DNA from: an uncultured Actinomycetota bacterium
Lineage (GTDB): Bacteria; Actinomycetota; Actinomycetes; Mycobacteriales; Mycobacteriaceae
Assembly: GCA_963753505.1 (NCBI GenBank)
Contig: CAVWCK010000002.1
Location: 205,659-269,658 of the forward strand
Reading direction: 5' to 3'
DNA length: 64,000 nucleotides
Within the stretch, counting starts at the first letter, position 1, and each line of letters opens with the position of its first letter. Made by a program: the position numbers and the translations under genes. This document shows, piece by piece, positions 9,596 through 20,120 of this stretch. A model generated the notes under the pieces. It was not told where the DNA came from. It searched no databases and saw only the letters and a list, made by a program, of their open reading frames with translations.

Positions 9596-10977
9596 ATGGC
9601 CGCCTCAGTAACCGAAGCGATCTGGTTGGCAACAACTCCCACGATTTCGTCGACTTCTTCGATAGTCCGGGCCTCGACGTTGAGCCGCAGCAACGGCTCG
9701 GTGTTGGACATCCGCACGTTGAACCAACTGCCGTGGCCGAGGTCGACGGTCACACCGTCGAGATGGTCGATCGAATGGATGCGAGTGCCGAACGACTTCA
9801 GCACGGCATCGACACATGCCTCGGCGTCGGTGACGGTGAAGTTGATCTCGCCGGAAGCTTCGTAGCGTTGGTAATCGGCCATGATGTCCGACAGCGGCCG
9901 CTCCTGTTCGCCGAGCGCAGCGAGCACGTGCAGCGCGGCCAGCATCCCGGAGTCGGCGCCCCAGAAGTCGCGGAAATAATAGTGCGCGGAGTGCTCGCCA
10001 CCGAAAATCGCTCCGGTGTCGGCCATCAACGCCTTGATGTAGGAGTGTCCGACGCGCGAGCGCACCGGCGTGCCACCCCGCTCCGCGACCAGTTCCGGTA
10101 CCGCGCGGGAGGTGATCAGGTTGTGGATCACCGTTGCGCCGATCTCTCTGTTCAGTTCCCGCGCTGCGACCAACGCGGTCACCGCGGACGGAGAAACCGG
10201 ATGCCCCTTTTCATCGACGACGAAACACCGGTCGGCGTCGCCGTCGAAGGCCAAACCGATGTCGGCGCCGGTCCGAAGAACGTAGGCCTGCAGATCGATG
10301 AGATTGGCCGAGTCCAACGGGTTGGCCTCGTGATTGGGGAACGTGCCGTCAAGTTCGAAGTACAACGGCAGCAGCGTGATTGACGGGATCGCGCCTAGCA
10401 CCGCAGGGGTGGTGTAGCCACCCATGCCGTTGCCGGCGTCTACTGCGACGCGCAGCGGGCGCAGCTTGGCCAAACTGACAAGGGACCGCAGGAACTCGCC
10501 GTAGTCGGCCAGCACGTCGCGGTCCGAAATGGTCCCGGGCGGCCCATCGAAATCCGGCACTCCGGCGATGACATCCTCGCTGATCTCGGTGAGCCCGGTG
10601 TCCTTGCCGACGGGCTTGGCTCCGGCACGGCACAGCTTGATGCCGTTGTAGGCGGCCGGGTTATGGCTGGCGGTGAACATGGCGCCAGGACAGTCGAGGC
10701 GCCCCGATGCGAAATACAGCTGATCGGTCGACGCCAGCCCGATCCGCACCACATCGAGCCCCTGCGCTCTCACTCCCTCGGCGAACGCATCCGCGAGCGA
10801 GGGCGAGCTGGCCCGCATGTCGTAGCCGATCACCACCTGCGACGCGGTGTCGCGGATCAGTCGCGCGAACGCGCCTCCGACCTCGCCGACAAACCCGTCG
10901 TCCAGCTCCTCGCCAACCAGTCCGCGGATGTCATACGCCTTGATGACGCGGTGAACAGCCGCAGCGGGCCGAGACAT
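9592..10977 (-). CDS. pmmA: Phosphomannomutase/phosphoglucomutase
   Basis: TASHNP phosphoserine loop, FDGDADR metal loop, GGEHSAH, SNTEPLLRLNVEA. Confidence 0.95.
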   Translation of the reverse strand: MSRPAAAVHRVIKAYDIRGLVGEELDDGFVGEVGGAFARLIRDTASQVVIGYDMRASSPSLADAFAEGVRAQGLDVVRIGLASTDQLYFASGRLDCPGAMFTASHNPAAYNGIKLCRAGAKPVGKDTGLTEISEDVIAGVPDFDGPPGTISDRDVLADYGEFLRSLVSLAKLRPLRVAVDAGNGMGGYTTPAVLGAIPSITLLPLYFELDGTFPNHEANPLDSANLIDLQAYVLRTGADIGLAFDGDADRCFVVDEKGHPVSPSAVTALVAARELNREIGATVIHNLITSRAVPELVAERGGTPVRSRVGHSYIKALMADTGAIFGGEHSAHYYFRDFWGADSGMLAALHVLAALGEQERPLSDIMADYQRYEASGEINFTVTDAEACVDAVLKSFGTRIHSIDHLDGVTVDLGHGSWFNVRMSNTEPLLRLNVEARTIEEVDEIVGVVANQIASVTEAAM

Positions 10978-11076
10978 AGAGCTCCTTGCGAAGGGGATCG
11001 TTGGCGCCAGCCTAACCGTCGGGCGGCGCGGAGATAGCAGCTAGGCAGCCTCTCGGCCCTAGGCTAGGCCCCCGCA

Positions 11077-11496
11077 TCAATCGGAGGGGTCTGGCAAAAC
11101 GCGCAAGTGGCCGCGCCTGCGACCGTTCGACTCGGGCCGCGGGGCGGCCGGTGCCATAAGCGCCCCGCCGTGCACACCGGTGGTCGGGTCGGAAAAGCCT
11201 GCCGCCACCCCATTGATCGGCGGCGCGCCCTCGCGTCCCTCACGCACGGCGTCGGCCAGCGCGACCAGATCGTCCTCGTCCGGGTGCGACGGCAGCGGCC
11301 CCGCGTGGCGAACCAGCTCCCAACCGCGTGGCGCAGTGATCCGGCCGGCGTGGGCCACACACAGATCCCACGAATGTGGCTCGGACACCGTGGCCAGAGG
11401 CCCGACAACGGCCGTCGAATCGGAGTAGACGAAGGTCAGCGTCGCGACCGCATAGTGGGGGCACCCGGGCCGGCAGCAGCGACGGGGAGCGTTCAC
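11077..11496 (-). CDS. DUF3499 family protein, Rv3258c-like
   Basis: Probable leaderless GTG at 11496; CCRPGC...ATLTFVYSDSTAVVGPL...HSWDLCVAH...APRGW. Confidence 0.85.
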   Translation of the reverse strand: MNAPRRCCRPGCPHYAVATLTFVYSDSTAVVGPLATVSEPHSWDLCVAHAGRITAPRGWELVRHAGPLPSHPDEDDLVALADAVREGREGAPPINGVAAGFSDPTTGVHGGALMAPAAPRPESNGRRRGHLRVLPDPSD

Positions 11497-11626
11497 GAAC
11501 CAGAGGCTATCGTGCGCAAACCGCCCAAGCCGCTGGACACGCGCAGCCGTGGGGAGCCCGATCTCCAACCGTTACTCTTCGCATGTGGCCGAGCGGAATC
11601 TTCTCCGATCACGCCGCGGCCGGGAA

Positions 11627-12049
11627 ATGCGCGGTCCGCTGCTTCCGCCGACCGTTCCGGGCTGGCGCAGCCGGGCGGAGCGGTTCGACATGGCAGTGCT
11701 CGAGGCCTATGAACCGATCGAGCGGCGATGGCAGGACCGGGTGTCGGGCCTGGACGTCGCGGTTGACGAAATACCCCGGATCTCGCCGAAGGATCCCGAT
11801 GCCGTGCAGTGGCCGCCCGAAGTGGTGGCCGATGGTCCGATCGCACTGGCCCGACTGATCCCGGCAGGGGTCGACGTCCGAGGCAACGCGACGCGGGCAC
11901 GAATTGTGTTGTTCCGCAAGCCAATTGAGCGACGAGCGAAGGACACCATCGAACTCGCCGAGCTGCTGCATGAAGTCTTGGTGGCTCAGGTAGCCACGTA
12001 CTTGGGGGTCGAACCTTCTGTCATCGACCCGACGATCGATGACGAGTGA
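11627..12049 (+). CDS. Zincin-like metallopeptidase family protein, Rv3259-like
   Basis: MRGPLLPPTVPGWRSRAERFD...IVLFRKPIERRA...LLHEVLV. Confidence 0.85.
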   Translation: MRGPLLPPTVPGWRSRAERFDMAVLEAYEPIERRWQDRVSGLDVAVDEIPRISPKDPDAVQWPPEVVADGPIALARLIPAGVDVRGNATRARIVLFRKPIERRAKDTIELAELLHEVLVAQVATYLGVEPSVIDPTIDDE

Positions 12050-12067
12050 CGCGTCCGGCTTAGATGG

Positions 12068-12089
12068 CGATGAGCGCTCGTGCGAAGAG
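12068..12089 (+). repeat. 22-bp interspersed junction motif, copy A
   Basis: CGATGAGCGCTCGTGCGAAGAG; 19/22 identical to the minus-strand motif at 24419-24440. Confidence 0.5.
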
Positions 12090-12091
12090 CG

Positions 12092-12493
12092 TCAGGCGAA
12101 GCCGCGCTTGAGCCGACGGCGCTCCCGTTCGGAAAGGCCGCCCCAGATGCCGAAGCGCTCGTCGTGCGCCAGTGCGTAGTCCAGGCACGCGTCCTTGACC
12201 TCGCAACCCAAGCAGATTCGCTTCGCTTCGCGGGTCGAGCCGCCCTTCTCGGGAAAAAACGCCTCGGGGTCGGTTTGAGCGCACAATGCGCGCTCTTGCC
12301 ATTCATCATCTTCGATAGTTGCCGGGGCAACTTCATATCTCTCGGGTTGTTCCGGCACCAAACTCAATTGAGGACGTGCCGGTGTCCCAATCGCGGTGGG
12401 TCCGGTAATGGTGTGACGGGTGTCGCCTACTGAGCCGAGTATCCGGTTGTCAAACCGGTCGTGATGACCGGAATCGACCTGCTCAAAAGCCAT
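12092..12493 (-). CDS. whiB2: WhiB-family Fe-S regulator WhiB2 (WhmD)
   Basis: ATG 12493 after GGAGG; WQERALCAQTDPEAFFPEKGGSTREAKRICLGCEVKDACL...GIWGGLSERERR. Confidence 0.96.
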   Translation of the reverse strand: MAFEQVDSGHHDRFDNRILGSVGDTRHTITGPTAIGTPARPQLSLVPEQPERYEVAPATIEDDEWQERALCAQTDPEAFFPEKGGSTREAKRICLGCEVKDACLDYALAHDERFGIWGGLSERERRRLKRGFA

Positions 12494-12593
12494 GCTCCGC
12501 CTCCTCACCTGGTCTCGTAGATCCCTGAATTCAGCCCCACTATTTTGATGTGCGGCCATCTCAATTCGAACAAGTGATCGAATCTCGGTCTGC

Positions 12594-12730
12594 GACACCG
12601 AAACCGGCCGTCCAACCAGGAAATGACACTGGTGTGATTACACACGCGTTAGCTGCCGGGGTCAAGCGCTAGAACAGAAATTCATATCATTCCGTGACAC
12701 GAATTCGGCGCGTCGTCGCCTCGGCGTGTC
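12594..12730. promoter_or_regulatory. Cluster of GACAC motifs (WhiA-type sites) in the whiB2-fbiA intergenic region
   Basis: GACAC at 12594, 12625 and 12696; GTGTC at 12726; inverted repeat GTGTG-ATTA-CACAC at 12632-12645. Confidence 0.45.
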
Positions 12731-12786
12731 TGTCACACCACCCGCGCCTGGGCAGGTTCGCGGCCGACGGCCTAGTCTCGGTCGAT

Positions 12787-13800
12787 GTGAAGGTCACGGT
12801 TCTGGTCGGCGGCGTCGGAGGCGCCCGCTTCCTGCTTGGCGTTCAACGCCTGCTCGGACTCGGCCGCTTCAGCGGCCAATCCGGCACCAGCCAACTTCCT
12901 TCGAAATCCCAACCGGATAACGAACTGACCGCGATCGTCAACGTCGGCGACGACGCCTGGATGTACGGCGTGCGGATCTGCCCGGACCTCGACACCTGCA
13001 TGTACACCCTGGGCGGAGGCATCGATCCCAAGCGTGGGTGGGGTCACCGCGATGAAACCTGGCATGCCAAAGAGGAACTCGCGGCCTACGGCGTCCAGCC
13101 GGACTGGTTCGGCCTCGGCGATCGCGATCTGGCCACCCATCTTGTCCGCAGCCAAATGCTGCGGGCCGGCTATCCGCTGTCGGCGGTGACCGAGGCGCTG
13201 TGTAATCGGTGGAACCCCGGGGTGCTGCTGCTGCCGGCCAGCGACGACCGAAGCGAAACCCATGTCGTCATCAGCGATCCGGATGACGGGGAGAAGCGGG
13301 CCATCCACTTCCAGGAGTGGTGGGTGCGCTACCGCGCGCAGGTGCCGACCCACAGCTTCGCGTATGTCGGCGCCGACAAAGCCACCGCAGGCCCCGGCGT
13401 CACCGAGGCCATCGAAAGCGCCGACGTGGTGCTGCTGGCACCGTCCAATCCGGTCGTCAGCATCGGCGCGATCCTCGCCGTTCCGGGAATCCGGGCCGCA
13501 CTTCGCTCGACGACGGCATGTGTCGTCGGCTACTCCCCCATCATCGGCGGAAAGCCGCTGCGCGGCATGGCCGACGAATGCCTGTCGGTGATCGGGGTCG
13601 CCAGCACTTCCGAAGCGGTTGGCGGCTACTACGGCCCCCGGTCCGGTGTCGGCATCCTCGACGGCTGGCTGGTGCACGAGGGCGATCGCGCCGAGATCGA
13701 CGGCGTCGAGGTGCGGTCGGTTCCACTGCTGATGACCGACCCGGCGGCGACGGCCGAAATGGTGCGCGCCGGGCTGGAACTCGCGGGGGTGAAGTCGTGA
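12787..13800 (+). CDS. fbiA: 2-phospho-L-lactate transferase (F420 biosynthesis)
   Basis: GTG start just after TAGTCT (-10); [45 protein letters not shown]. Confidence 0.96.
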   Translation: MKVTVLVGGVGGARFLLGVQRLLGLGRFSGQSGTSQLPSKSQPDNELTAIVNVGDDAWMYGVRICPDLDTCMYTLGGGIDPKRGWGHRDETWHAKEELAAYGVQPDWFGLGDRDLATHLVRSQMLRAGYPLSAVTEALCNRWNPGVLLLPASDDRSETHVVISDPDDGEKRAIHFQEWWVRYRAQVPTHSFAYVGADKATAGPGVTEAIESADVVLLAPSNPVVSIGAILAVPGIRAALRSTTACVVGYSPIIGGKPLRGMADECLSVIGVASTSEAVGGYYGPRSGVGILDGWLVHEGDRAEIDGVEVRSVPLLMTDPAATAEMVRAGLELAGVKS

Positions 13801-15137
13801 CCGACCATGGCACCTCCGGCGCTGTCGAACTGCTTCCGGTGCCCGGGCTTCCGGAGTTCAGACCGGGCGACGACCTCGCGGCGGCACTCGCCGAGGCCGC
13901 ACCGTGGCTGCGCGACGATGACGTCGTGGTGGTCACCAGCAAGGTGGTGTCGAAGTGTGAGGGTCGCATCGTCGACGCGCCAATCGATCCAGAACAGCGG
14001 GACGCGTTGCGGCGCAAGCTGATCGACGCCGAAGCGGTTCGGGTTCTTGCCCGCAAGGGCCGCACCTTGATCACCGAGAACGCGCTGGGCCTGGTGCAGG
14101 CCGCCGCAGGAGTGGATGGCTCCAACGTCGACTCAGGGGAGTTGGCGCTGCTGCCGACCGACCCGGATGCCAGTGCCGCCGCCCTGCGCTCCGGGCTGCG
14201 CGAACGGCTCGGCGTCACCGTCGGCGTCGTCATCACCGACACCATGGGCCGGGCCTGGCGCAACGGCCAGACCGACTTCGCGATCGGGGCCGCAGGCCTG
14301 ACCGTGCTGCACGGCTACGCGGGCTCACAGGACCGTCACGGCAATGACCTGATCGTCACCGAAATCGCCGTCGCCGACGAGATCGCCGCCGCGGCCGACT
14401 TGGTCAAGGGCAAGCTGACCGATATCCCGGTGGCGGTGGTGCGTGGACTCAGCTTGTCCGACAACGGATCGAATGCGCGCACACTGCTTCGCCCCGGCGA
14501 GGAAGACCTGTTCTGGCTGGGTACCGAGGAAGCACTTGCGCTCGGCCGCAGCCAGGCCCAGCTGCTGCGGCGGTCCGTGCGCCGTTTCACTGATGAACCC
14601 GTTGCGGCCGAACTCGTCGAGGCCGCCGTCGCAGAGGCCCTCACCGCGCCCGCACCACACCACACCCGGCCGGTGCGCTTCGTGTGGATGCAGGACCCGA
14701 ACCTGCGGCTGTCGTTGCTGAACCGGATGAAGGACAACTGGCGTGCCGACCTGACGGGGGACGGACGGGCGCCCGAGGCCGTCGAGCGCCGCGTCGGCCG
14801 GGGCCAGATCCTTTACGATGCGCCAGAACTCGTCATCCCGTTCATGGTGCCCGACGGTGCGCACAGTTATCCCGATGCCGGCCGCACGGCCGCGGAGCAC
14901 ACCATGTTCACCGTGGCGGTCGGCGCCGCGGTGCAGGCCCTGCTGGTGGCGCTCGCCGTTCGCGGCGTCGGCAGCTGCTGGATCGGGTCCACCATCTTCG
15001 CCGCCGACCTGGTGCGCGACGAGCTCGCGCTGCCCGGCGACTGGGAACCGTTGGGCGCCATCGCGATCGGCTACCCCGAAGACCCCTCGGGCCCGCGTGA
15101 TCCCGCACCGACCGACGGCCTGCTGGTGCGCAAGTGA
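13797..15137 (+). CDS. fbiB: Coenzyme F420-0:L-glutamate ligase with C-terminal nitroreductase domain
   Basis: GTGA overlap; [48 protein letters not shown]. Confidence 0.96.
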   Translation: MTDHGTSGAVELLPVPGLPEFRPGDDLAAALAEAAPWLRDDDVVVVTSKVVSKCEGRIVDAPIDPEQRDALRRKLIDAEAVRVLARKGRTLITENALGLVQAAAGVDGSNVDSGELALLPTDPDASAAALRSGLRERLGVTVGVVITDTMGRAWRNGQTDFAIGAAGLTVLHGYAGSQDRHGNDLIVTEIAVADEIAAAADLVKGKLTDIPVAVVRGLSLSDNGSNARTLLRPGEEDLFWLGTEEALALGRSQAQLLRRSVRRFTDEPVAAELVEAAVAEALTAPAPHHTRPVRFVWMQDPNLRLSLLNRMKDNWRADLTGDGRAPEAVERRVGRGQILYDAPELVIPFMVPDGAHSYPDAGRTAAEHTMFTVAVGAAVQALLVALAVRGVGSCWIGSTIFAADLVRDELALPGDWEPLGAIAIGYPEDPSGPRDPAPTDGLLVRK

Positions 15138-15670
15138 GCCTGCACGAATCGGCTGTGGAAACGCTGACAGGTTGGCGCGCACCCGATGCCGCCCAGGACA
15201 CGCTGCGGCACGCGATGCTGGCCTTCCTCGCCGCGCGGCCCGACGGCTGCCTGCGCGAGTGTGTGCCTGGCCATGTCACCGGCTCCGCGCTCGTCCTCGA
15301 CCACACCGGCAGCCGCGCGCTGCTGACGCTTCATCCACGGTTCGGACGGTGGCTGCAACTGGGTGGGCACTGCGAAAAGACCGACGCCGACATCGTCGCC
15401 GCAGCGCTGCGCGAAGCCACCGAGGAATCCGGTATCGACGGCCTGAGAATCGACTCCGAACTGGCCGCGCTGCACGTGCACCCCGTCACCTGCTCGCTGG
15501 GTGTGCCGACGCGCCACCTCGACATGCAGTTTGTGGTGCACGCACCGCGCGACGCCGAAATCGCGGTCAGCGACGAGTCTTTGGACCTGCGCTGGTGGCC
15601 GCTGGACGAATTGCCCGCAGAATGTGACTTCGGCCTGACCCAACTTGCCGCCGCTGCAACCCGCCTGTGA
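15134..15670 (+). CDS. NUDIX hydrolase
   Basis: Nudix box [24 protein letters not shown]; GTGA-coupled to fbiB. Confidence 0.9.
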   Translation: MSLHESAVETLTGWRAPDAAQDTLRHAMLAFLAARPDGCLRECVPGHVTGSALVLDHTGSRALLTLHPRFGRWLQLGGHCEKTDADIVAAALREATEESGIDGLRIDSELAALHVHPVTCSLGVPTRHLDMQFVVHAPRDAEIAVSDESLDLRWWPLDELPAECDFGLTQLAAAATRL

Positions 15671-15719
15671 TTTCGGCGCGCTTACCGTCGCTGAGCGTGG
15701 GTTAGCGCGCCGAAATCGC
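15667..15719. repeat. 53-bp REP-like imperfect palindrome, copy 2
   Basis: GTGATTTCGGCGCGCTTACCGTCGCTGAGCGTGGGTTAGCGCGCCGAAATCGC between convergent genes. Confidence 0.85.
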
Positions 15720-16799
15720 TCAGACGTCGGTTGAGTAGCGGATGCCGCCGTCGGGGATGGTGACCCCGGGCCAAACCCGCGCACCGCGCAGCAGTTCACA
15801 GCGCGCGCCGATGTCGGCGCCGTCGCCGATCACGCCGTCGCGGATCAGCGCCCGCGGCCCGATGCGCGCACCGAAGCCGATGATCGAGCGCTCGATCACC
15901 GCGCCCGCCCCGACGCATGCACCGTCGAAGATCACCGCACCGTCCAGGCGGGCACCTGCGCCGATCTCCGCGCCCCGCCCGACGACCGTGCCGCCGATCA
16001 GCAGGGCGCCCGGCGCGACGGCCGCACCGTCGTGCACAAGCTTCTCGCCGCGCTGACCGCCAAGCGCCGGCGACGGCGCGATGCCGCGCACCAGGTCGGC
16101 CGAGCCGCGCACGAAGTCGTCGGGCGTCCCCATATCGCGCCAGTAGGTCGAGTCGACGTAGCCGCATACCCGAAGGCCGTCGGACAGCAGCCCGGGAAAC
16201 ACCTCTCGCTCCACCGAAAGCGCCCTGCCCTTCGGGATCCGATCGATGACCTCGCGCTTGAACGCGTAGCAGCCGGCGTTGATCTGGTCGGTCGGCGGAT
16301 CCTGCGTCTTCTCCAGAAACGCCGTTACGACCCCCTCGGAATCGGTCGGGACACAGCCGAACGCGCGAGGGTCGCCGACGCGCACCAGGTGCAGGGTGAC
16401 ATCGGCACCCCTGGTCTCGTGAGTGTCCAGCAGGGCGCGGAGGTCCGCGCCCGAGAGCACGTCGCCGTTGAACACCAGCGTGGTGTCGTGGCGCAGCTTC
16501 TCCGAGACGTTGGCGATACCACCACCGGTGCCCAGCGGCTCGTCCTCGACGACGTATTCGATCTGCAGGCCCAGCTTGGACCCGTCGCCGAACTCCGACT
16601 CGAACACGCCGGCTTTGTACGAGGTGCCAAGGACGACATGCTCGATGCCCGCATCCGCAATCCGCGAGAGCAGGTGGGTCAGAAACGGCAGCCCCGCGGT
16701 CGGCAGCATGGGCTTTGGCGCCGACAGCGTCAACGGACGCAGCCGTGTCCCCATGCCGCCGACCAGAACGACCGCGTCGACCTCAGCCGGATTCACCAC
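15720..16799 (-). CDS. manC: Mannose-1-phosphate guanylyltransferase (GDP-mannose pyrophosphorylase), Rv3264c-like
   Basis: VLVGGMGTRLRPLT...PKPMLP, EPLGTGG, YWRDMGT and C-terminal hexapeptide repeats. Also called manB in M. tuberculosis. Confidence 0.93.
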   Translation of the reverse strand: MVNPAEVDAVVLVGGMGTRLRPLTLSAPKPMLPTAGLPFLTHLLSRIADAGIEHVVLGTSYKAGVFESEFGDGSKLGLQIEYVVEDEPLGTGGGIANVSEKLRHDTTLVFNGDVLSGADLRALLDTHETRGADVTLHLVRVGDPRAFGCVPTDSEGVVTAFLEKTQDPPTDQINAGCYAFKREVIDRIPKGRALSVEREVFPGLLSDGLRVCGYVDSTYWRDMGTPDDFVRGSADLVRGIAPSPALGGQRGEKLVHDGAAVAPGALLIGGTVVGRGAEIGAGARLDGAVIFDGACVGAGAVIERSIIGFGARIGPRALIRDGVIGDGADIGARCELLRGARVWPGVTIPDGGIRYSTDV

Positions 16800-17673
16800 G
16801 CTGCCGTCCTTTCGTCTGCTTTCGCCGAGAATTTCGGACCACAAGGCCCGCGCGCGCAGCGAGGGCGGCCCTTATCGTCCACCGCAATAGCGCCTGCCAC
16901 CGCTTCGGATGCCGATCTGACAGGAAAGTGTAGGTGCTCCTGTGGTGGGCCGCCAAGTTGCGGGCGGGGTCACGACCGGTGGCGTGGCCCTTGTCGTGCA
17001 AAATCTCCGCCGACGGCACATAGATGTTCTGCCAGCCCGCGACGCCGAGGCGATCACCCAGGTCGACGTCCTCCATATACATGAAATAGCGCTCATCGAA
17101 GCCCGACACCTCATCGAACGCGGAGCGCCGCAGCAACAAGCACGATCCGGACAGCCAGCCGACCGGGCGTTCGCTGGGCTCGGTGCGCTCCTGGCGGTAT
17201 TCGGCCGTCCACGGGTTAGATTTCCAGAACGGTCCGACGACGGCGTGCATGCCGCCGCGGATCAGGCTTGGCAGGTGGCGCGCCGACGGGTACACCGAGC
17301 CGTCGGGGTCGCGGATCAATGGTCCAAGCGAGCCCGCCCGTGGCCAACGTTCGGCCGCCTCCAGCAACACGTCAATGCTGCGCGGTCCCCACTGCACGTC
17401 GGGATTGGCGACCACCACAAACTCGGACTCGGGCGTGATCTCCGCAACCGCGCGGTTGACGGCCCTGCCGTATCCCAGATTCGCGCCGGTGCGCAGGAGC
17501 CGGACATTCGGATAGCGCCCAAGCGCTTCTTCGGGCGCTCCGTCCGTCGAGCCGTTGTCGGCCATGATCACTGTCACGGGCCGCTCCGTGGCATGCGAGA
17601 GAGTCGCCAGAAACCGGTCGAGGTGTGGACCCGGTGAGTAAGTCACCGTCACCACCGTCAATTCATCGCTCAC
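16783..17673 (-). CDS. wbbL1: dTDP-Rha:alpha-GlcNAc-PP-polyprenol rhamnosyltransferase (GT2)
   Basis: DNGSTDG, NLGYG, NPDV, WLSGSCLL, YFMYMEDVDLG; adjacent to rmlD. Confidence 0.93.
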   Translation of the reverse strand: MSDELTVVTVTYSPGPHLDRFLATLSHATERPVTVIMADNGSTDGAPEEALGRYPNVRLLRTGANLGYGRAVNRAVAEITPESEFVVVANPDVQWGPRSIDVLLEAAERWPRAGSLGPLIRDPDGSVYPSARHLPSLIRGGMHAVVGPFWKSNPWTAEYRQERTEPSERPVGWLSGSCLLLRRSAFDEVSGFDERYFMYMEDVDLGDRLGVAGWQNIYVPSAEILHDKGHATGRDPARNLAAHHRSTYTFLSDRHPKRWQALLRWTIRAALAARAGLVVRNSRRKQTKGRQRGESG

Positions 17674-17695
17674 GCGAAGGAAACCAGTTCGTCAC

Positions 17696-18577
17696 TCACG
17701 GCGTAGAGGGTAACGGGCCGCGCGACGAGATCGCCGCGTTGAGCGCCTCACGCCACGGGCGCAGGGGCGTCAGGCCCGCATCAGCGGATAGTCGGCCGGA
17801 CAGCGCCGAGTATGGCGGGCGCGGCGCGGGACGCGGATGGCGGTCGCTGCCGACTGGTCGCACCCGCGCGGGATCTGCGCCGACCGCATCGAACACCGCC
17901 TGCGCCTGTTCGAATCGGCTGGCTTCGCCCGCGTTGGCGGCGTGCAACAGCGGTTCGCGGATAGCGCCATCTGCGATCTCCAGCAGTGCGCCGACCAGGT
18001 CACCGGCGTAGGTGGGCGAGCCGACCTGGTCGGCCACTACATCTACCGGTCCGTCGTCTTGGGCCAGCCTGCGCATCACGGCGGCGAAGTCGCTGCCGTC
18101 GGCGCCCTCATAAACCCAGGCCGTCCTGACGATGTGCGCCTCGGGCATCGCGGCCAGCACCGCCAGTTCGCCGGCCAGCTTGGTGTGCCCGTACACGCTC
18201 AGCGGGCCGGTTTCATCGTCGATCTCATACGGGCGGCGTCGGTCGCCATCGAAAACGCCGCTGAACACATAGTCGGTGGAGATGTGGATGAGATCCGCGC
18301 CGGCCCGGGCGCAGGCGTGCGCGATGTTCTCCGGTCCCAGCGTGTTCACGGCGTTGGCCCGTTCTTGGTCCGCTTCGGCGGCGTCGACCTTGGTGTATGC
18401 GGCGCAGTTGATCACCACGTCTCCGGCCCCAACGAACCGTTCGGCCGACGCGGCATCGGTGATGTCCCACTGCGACGACGTCAACGCGAGCACGTCGCGG
18501 CCCTGCCTGCGCGCCTCATCTGCCAACATCCGCCCGACGAGGCCACCCGCGCCGGAGATAACGATTCGGCCAGACAT
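17696..18577 (-). CDS. rmlD: dTDP-4-dehydrorhamnose reductase
   Basis: ISGAGGLVG, NCAAYTKVD.AE, HISTDYVF, YGHTKLAGE, DQVGSPT. Confidence 0.95.
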   Translation of the reverse strand: MSGRIVISGAGGLVGRMLADEARRQGRDVLALTSSQWDITDAASAERFVGAGDVVINCAAYTKVDAAEADQERANAVNTLGPENIAHACARAGADLIHISTDYVFSGVFDGDRRRPYEIDDETGPLSVYGHTKLAGELAVLAAMPEAHIVRTAWVYEGADGSDFAAVMRRLAQDDGPVDVVADQVGSPTYAGDLVGALLEIADGAIREPLLHAANAGEASRFEQAQAVFDAVGADPARVRPVGSDRHPRPAPRPPYSALSGRLSADAGLTPLRPWREALNAAISSRGPLPSTP

Positions 18578-18644
18578 GGTGACGAGTCTGGCACGCCGAC
18601 CCGCGCTACCCGGTCTGCGCCCGACTCGCAAGTAGCCTGGGCAG

Positions 18645-20120
18645 ATGCCCGCCCGCCTGTCCCGTGTCCTCGCTGTGGCGGTGGCCTTGGCCATCGTGGT
18701 CGGTACCGGCGTGGCGTGGGGCAAGATCCGGTCGTTCGAATCCGGCATCAACCACATCTCACCGATCGCGCTTGGCGAGGGCGGCGAGGACGGTGCGATC
18801 GACATCCTGCTGGTCGGCATGGACAGCCGCACCGATGCGCACGGCAACCCGCTCTCCGAAGAGGAACTGGCCACGCTGCGGGCCGGCGACGACGACGCCA
18901 CCAACACCGACACCATCATCTTGGTGCGCATCCCGAACAACGGGAAGTCCGCGACCGCGATCTCGATCCCCCGCGACTCCTACGTCGAGGCCCCAGGTGT
19001 GGGAAAGATGAAGATCAACGGCGTCTACGGGTCAGCGCATTTCGAGAAGCTGACCGAGCTGGTCGAACAAGACGGCATGGAAACGGCGCAGGCCGAACCG
19101 CAGGCCACCGAGGCCGGACGCGAGGCGCTGATCAAGACGGTCGCGAACCTGACCGGTGTCACCGTCGACCACTATGCGGAGATCGGGCTGCTTGGGTTCG
19201 CGCTGATCACCGACGCCCTCGGCGGCGTCAACGTCTGCCTGAAAGATGCTGTGTACGAACCCCTTTCGGGGGCTGACTTTCCCGCGGGCTGGCAGAAGCT
19301 GGACGGCCCGCAGGCGCTGAGCTTCGTCCGGCAGCGTCACGACCTGCCCCGCGGCGACCTAGACCGGGTCACCAGGCAGCAGGCGGTGATGGCCTCCCTC
19401 GCCCACGACGTGATCTCCAGCAAGACACTGTCCAGCCCGTCGACATTGAACCGCCTGGAGGATGCGGTCCAACGATCCGTGGTGCTGTCGGACGGTTGGG
19501 ACATCATGGATTTCGCTGAGCAGTTGCAGAAGCTGGCCGCAGGCAACGTGGCGTTCGCGACCATCCCGATCCTCGAAGAGGCCGGCTGGAGCGATGACGG
19601 CATGCAGAGCGTGGTGCGGATCGATCCTGCGCACGTCAAGGAGTGGGTGGCCGGCCTGCTCCAAGAGCAGGACCAAGGCAAGACCGAGCAATTGGCTTAT
19701 ACGCCAAGCAAAACCACCGTCGACGTGGTCAACGACACCGATATCAACGGGCTTGCCGCCGCGGTCTCCGCGGTGCTCACCAACAAGGGCTTCGCGAGCG
19801 GCAGCACCGGCAACAACGAGAACGGCCACGTCACGGGCAGCCAGGTGCAGGCCGCAAAGGCCGACGACCTTGGCGCGCAGGCGGTTTCCAAGGAGCTCGG
19901 CGGGCTACCTGTCGTCGAGAACGCATCGGTGGCGCCCGGCTCCGCGCGAGTAGTGCTTGCGGGTGACTACACCGGACCCGGTTCCGGCCTGGACGGCACC
20001 GATCCGACACTGGCCACCGTCGACCCGGCGGCCGCGGGGTCGACCGACTCGGGTGACTCCGAGCCGGCGCCGTCGCCGATCCTCACCGCGGGCTCCAACG
20101 ATCCGGAGTGCGTCAACTGA
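18645..20120 (+). CDS. LCP-family arabinogalactan-peptidoglycan ligase with LytR_C domain, Rv3267-like
   Basis: N-terminal TM; ILLVGMDSR, NTDTIILV, SIPRDSYV, FVRQRH, DLDRVTRQQ. Confidence 0.93.
   Translation: MPARLSRVLAVAVALAIVVGTGVAWGKIRSFESGINHISPIALGEGGEDGAIDILLVGMDSRTDAHGNPLSEEELATLRAGDDDATNTDTIILVRIPNNGKSATAISIPRDSYVEAPGVGKMKINGVYGSAHFEKLTELVEQDGMETAQAEPQATEAGREALIKTVANLTGVTVDHYAEIGLLGFALITDALGGVNVCLKDAVYEPLSGADFPAGWQKLDGPQALSFVRQRHDLPRGDLDRVTRQQAVMASLAHDVISSKTLSSPSTLNRLEDAVQRSVVLSDGWDIMDFAEQLQKLAAGNVAFATIPILEEAGWSDDGMQSVVRIDPAHVKEWVAGLLQEQDQGKTEQLAYTPSKTTVDVVNDTDINGLAAAVSAVLTNKGFASGSTGNNENGHVTGSQVQAAKADDLGAQAVSKELGGLPVVENASVAPGSARVVLAGDYTGPGSGLDGTDPTLATVDPAAAGSTDSGDSEPAPSPILTAGSNDPECVN

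Noticed and set aside
13317-13796. Apparent N-terminal extensions or fusions in the ORF track (fbiB from 13317, accD5 from 47439, permease from 3028, rmlD from 18940, GT4 from 60098, co-polymerase from 38258, SDR from 59532)
   Set aside because: The extensions overlap neighbouring genes and are low-complexity. Better starts with an RBS, stop overlap or promoter exist downstream, so these are not real domain fusions.
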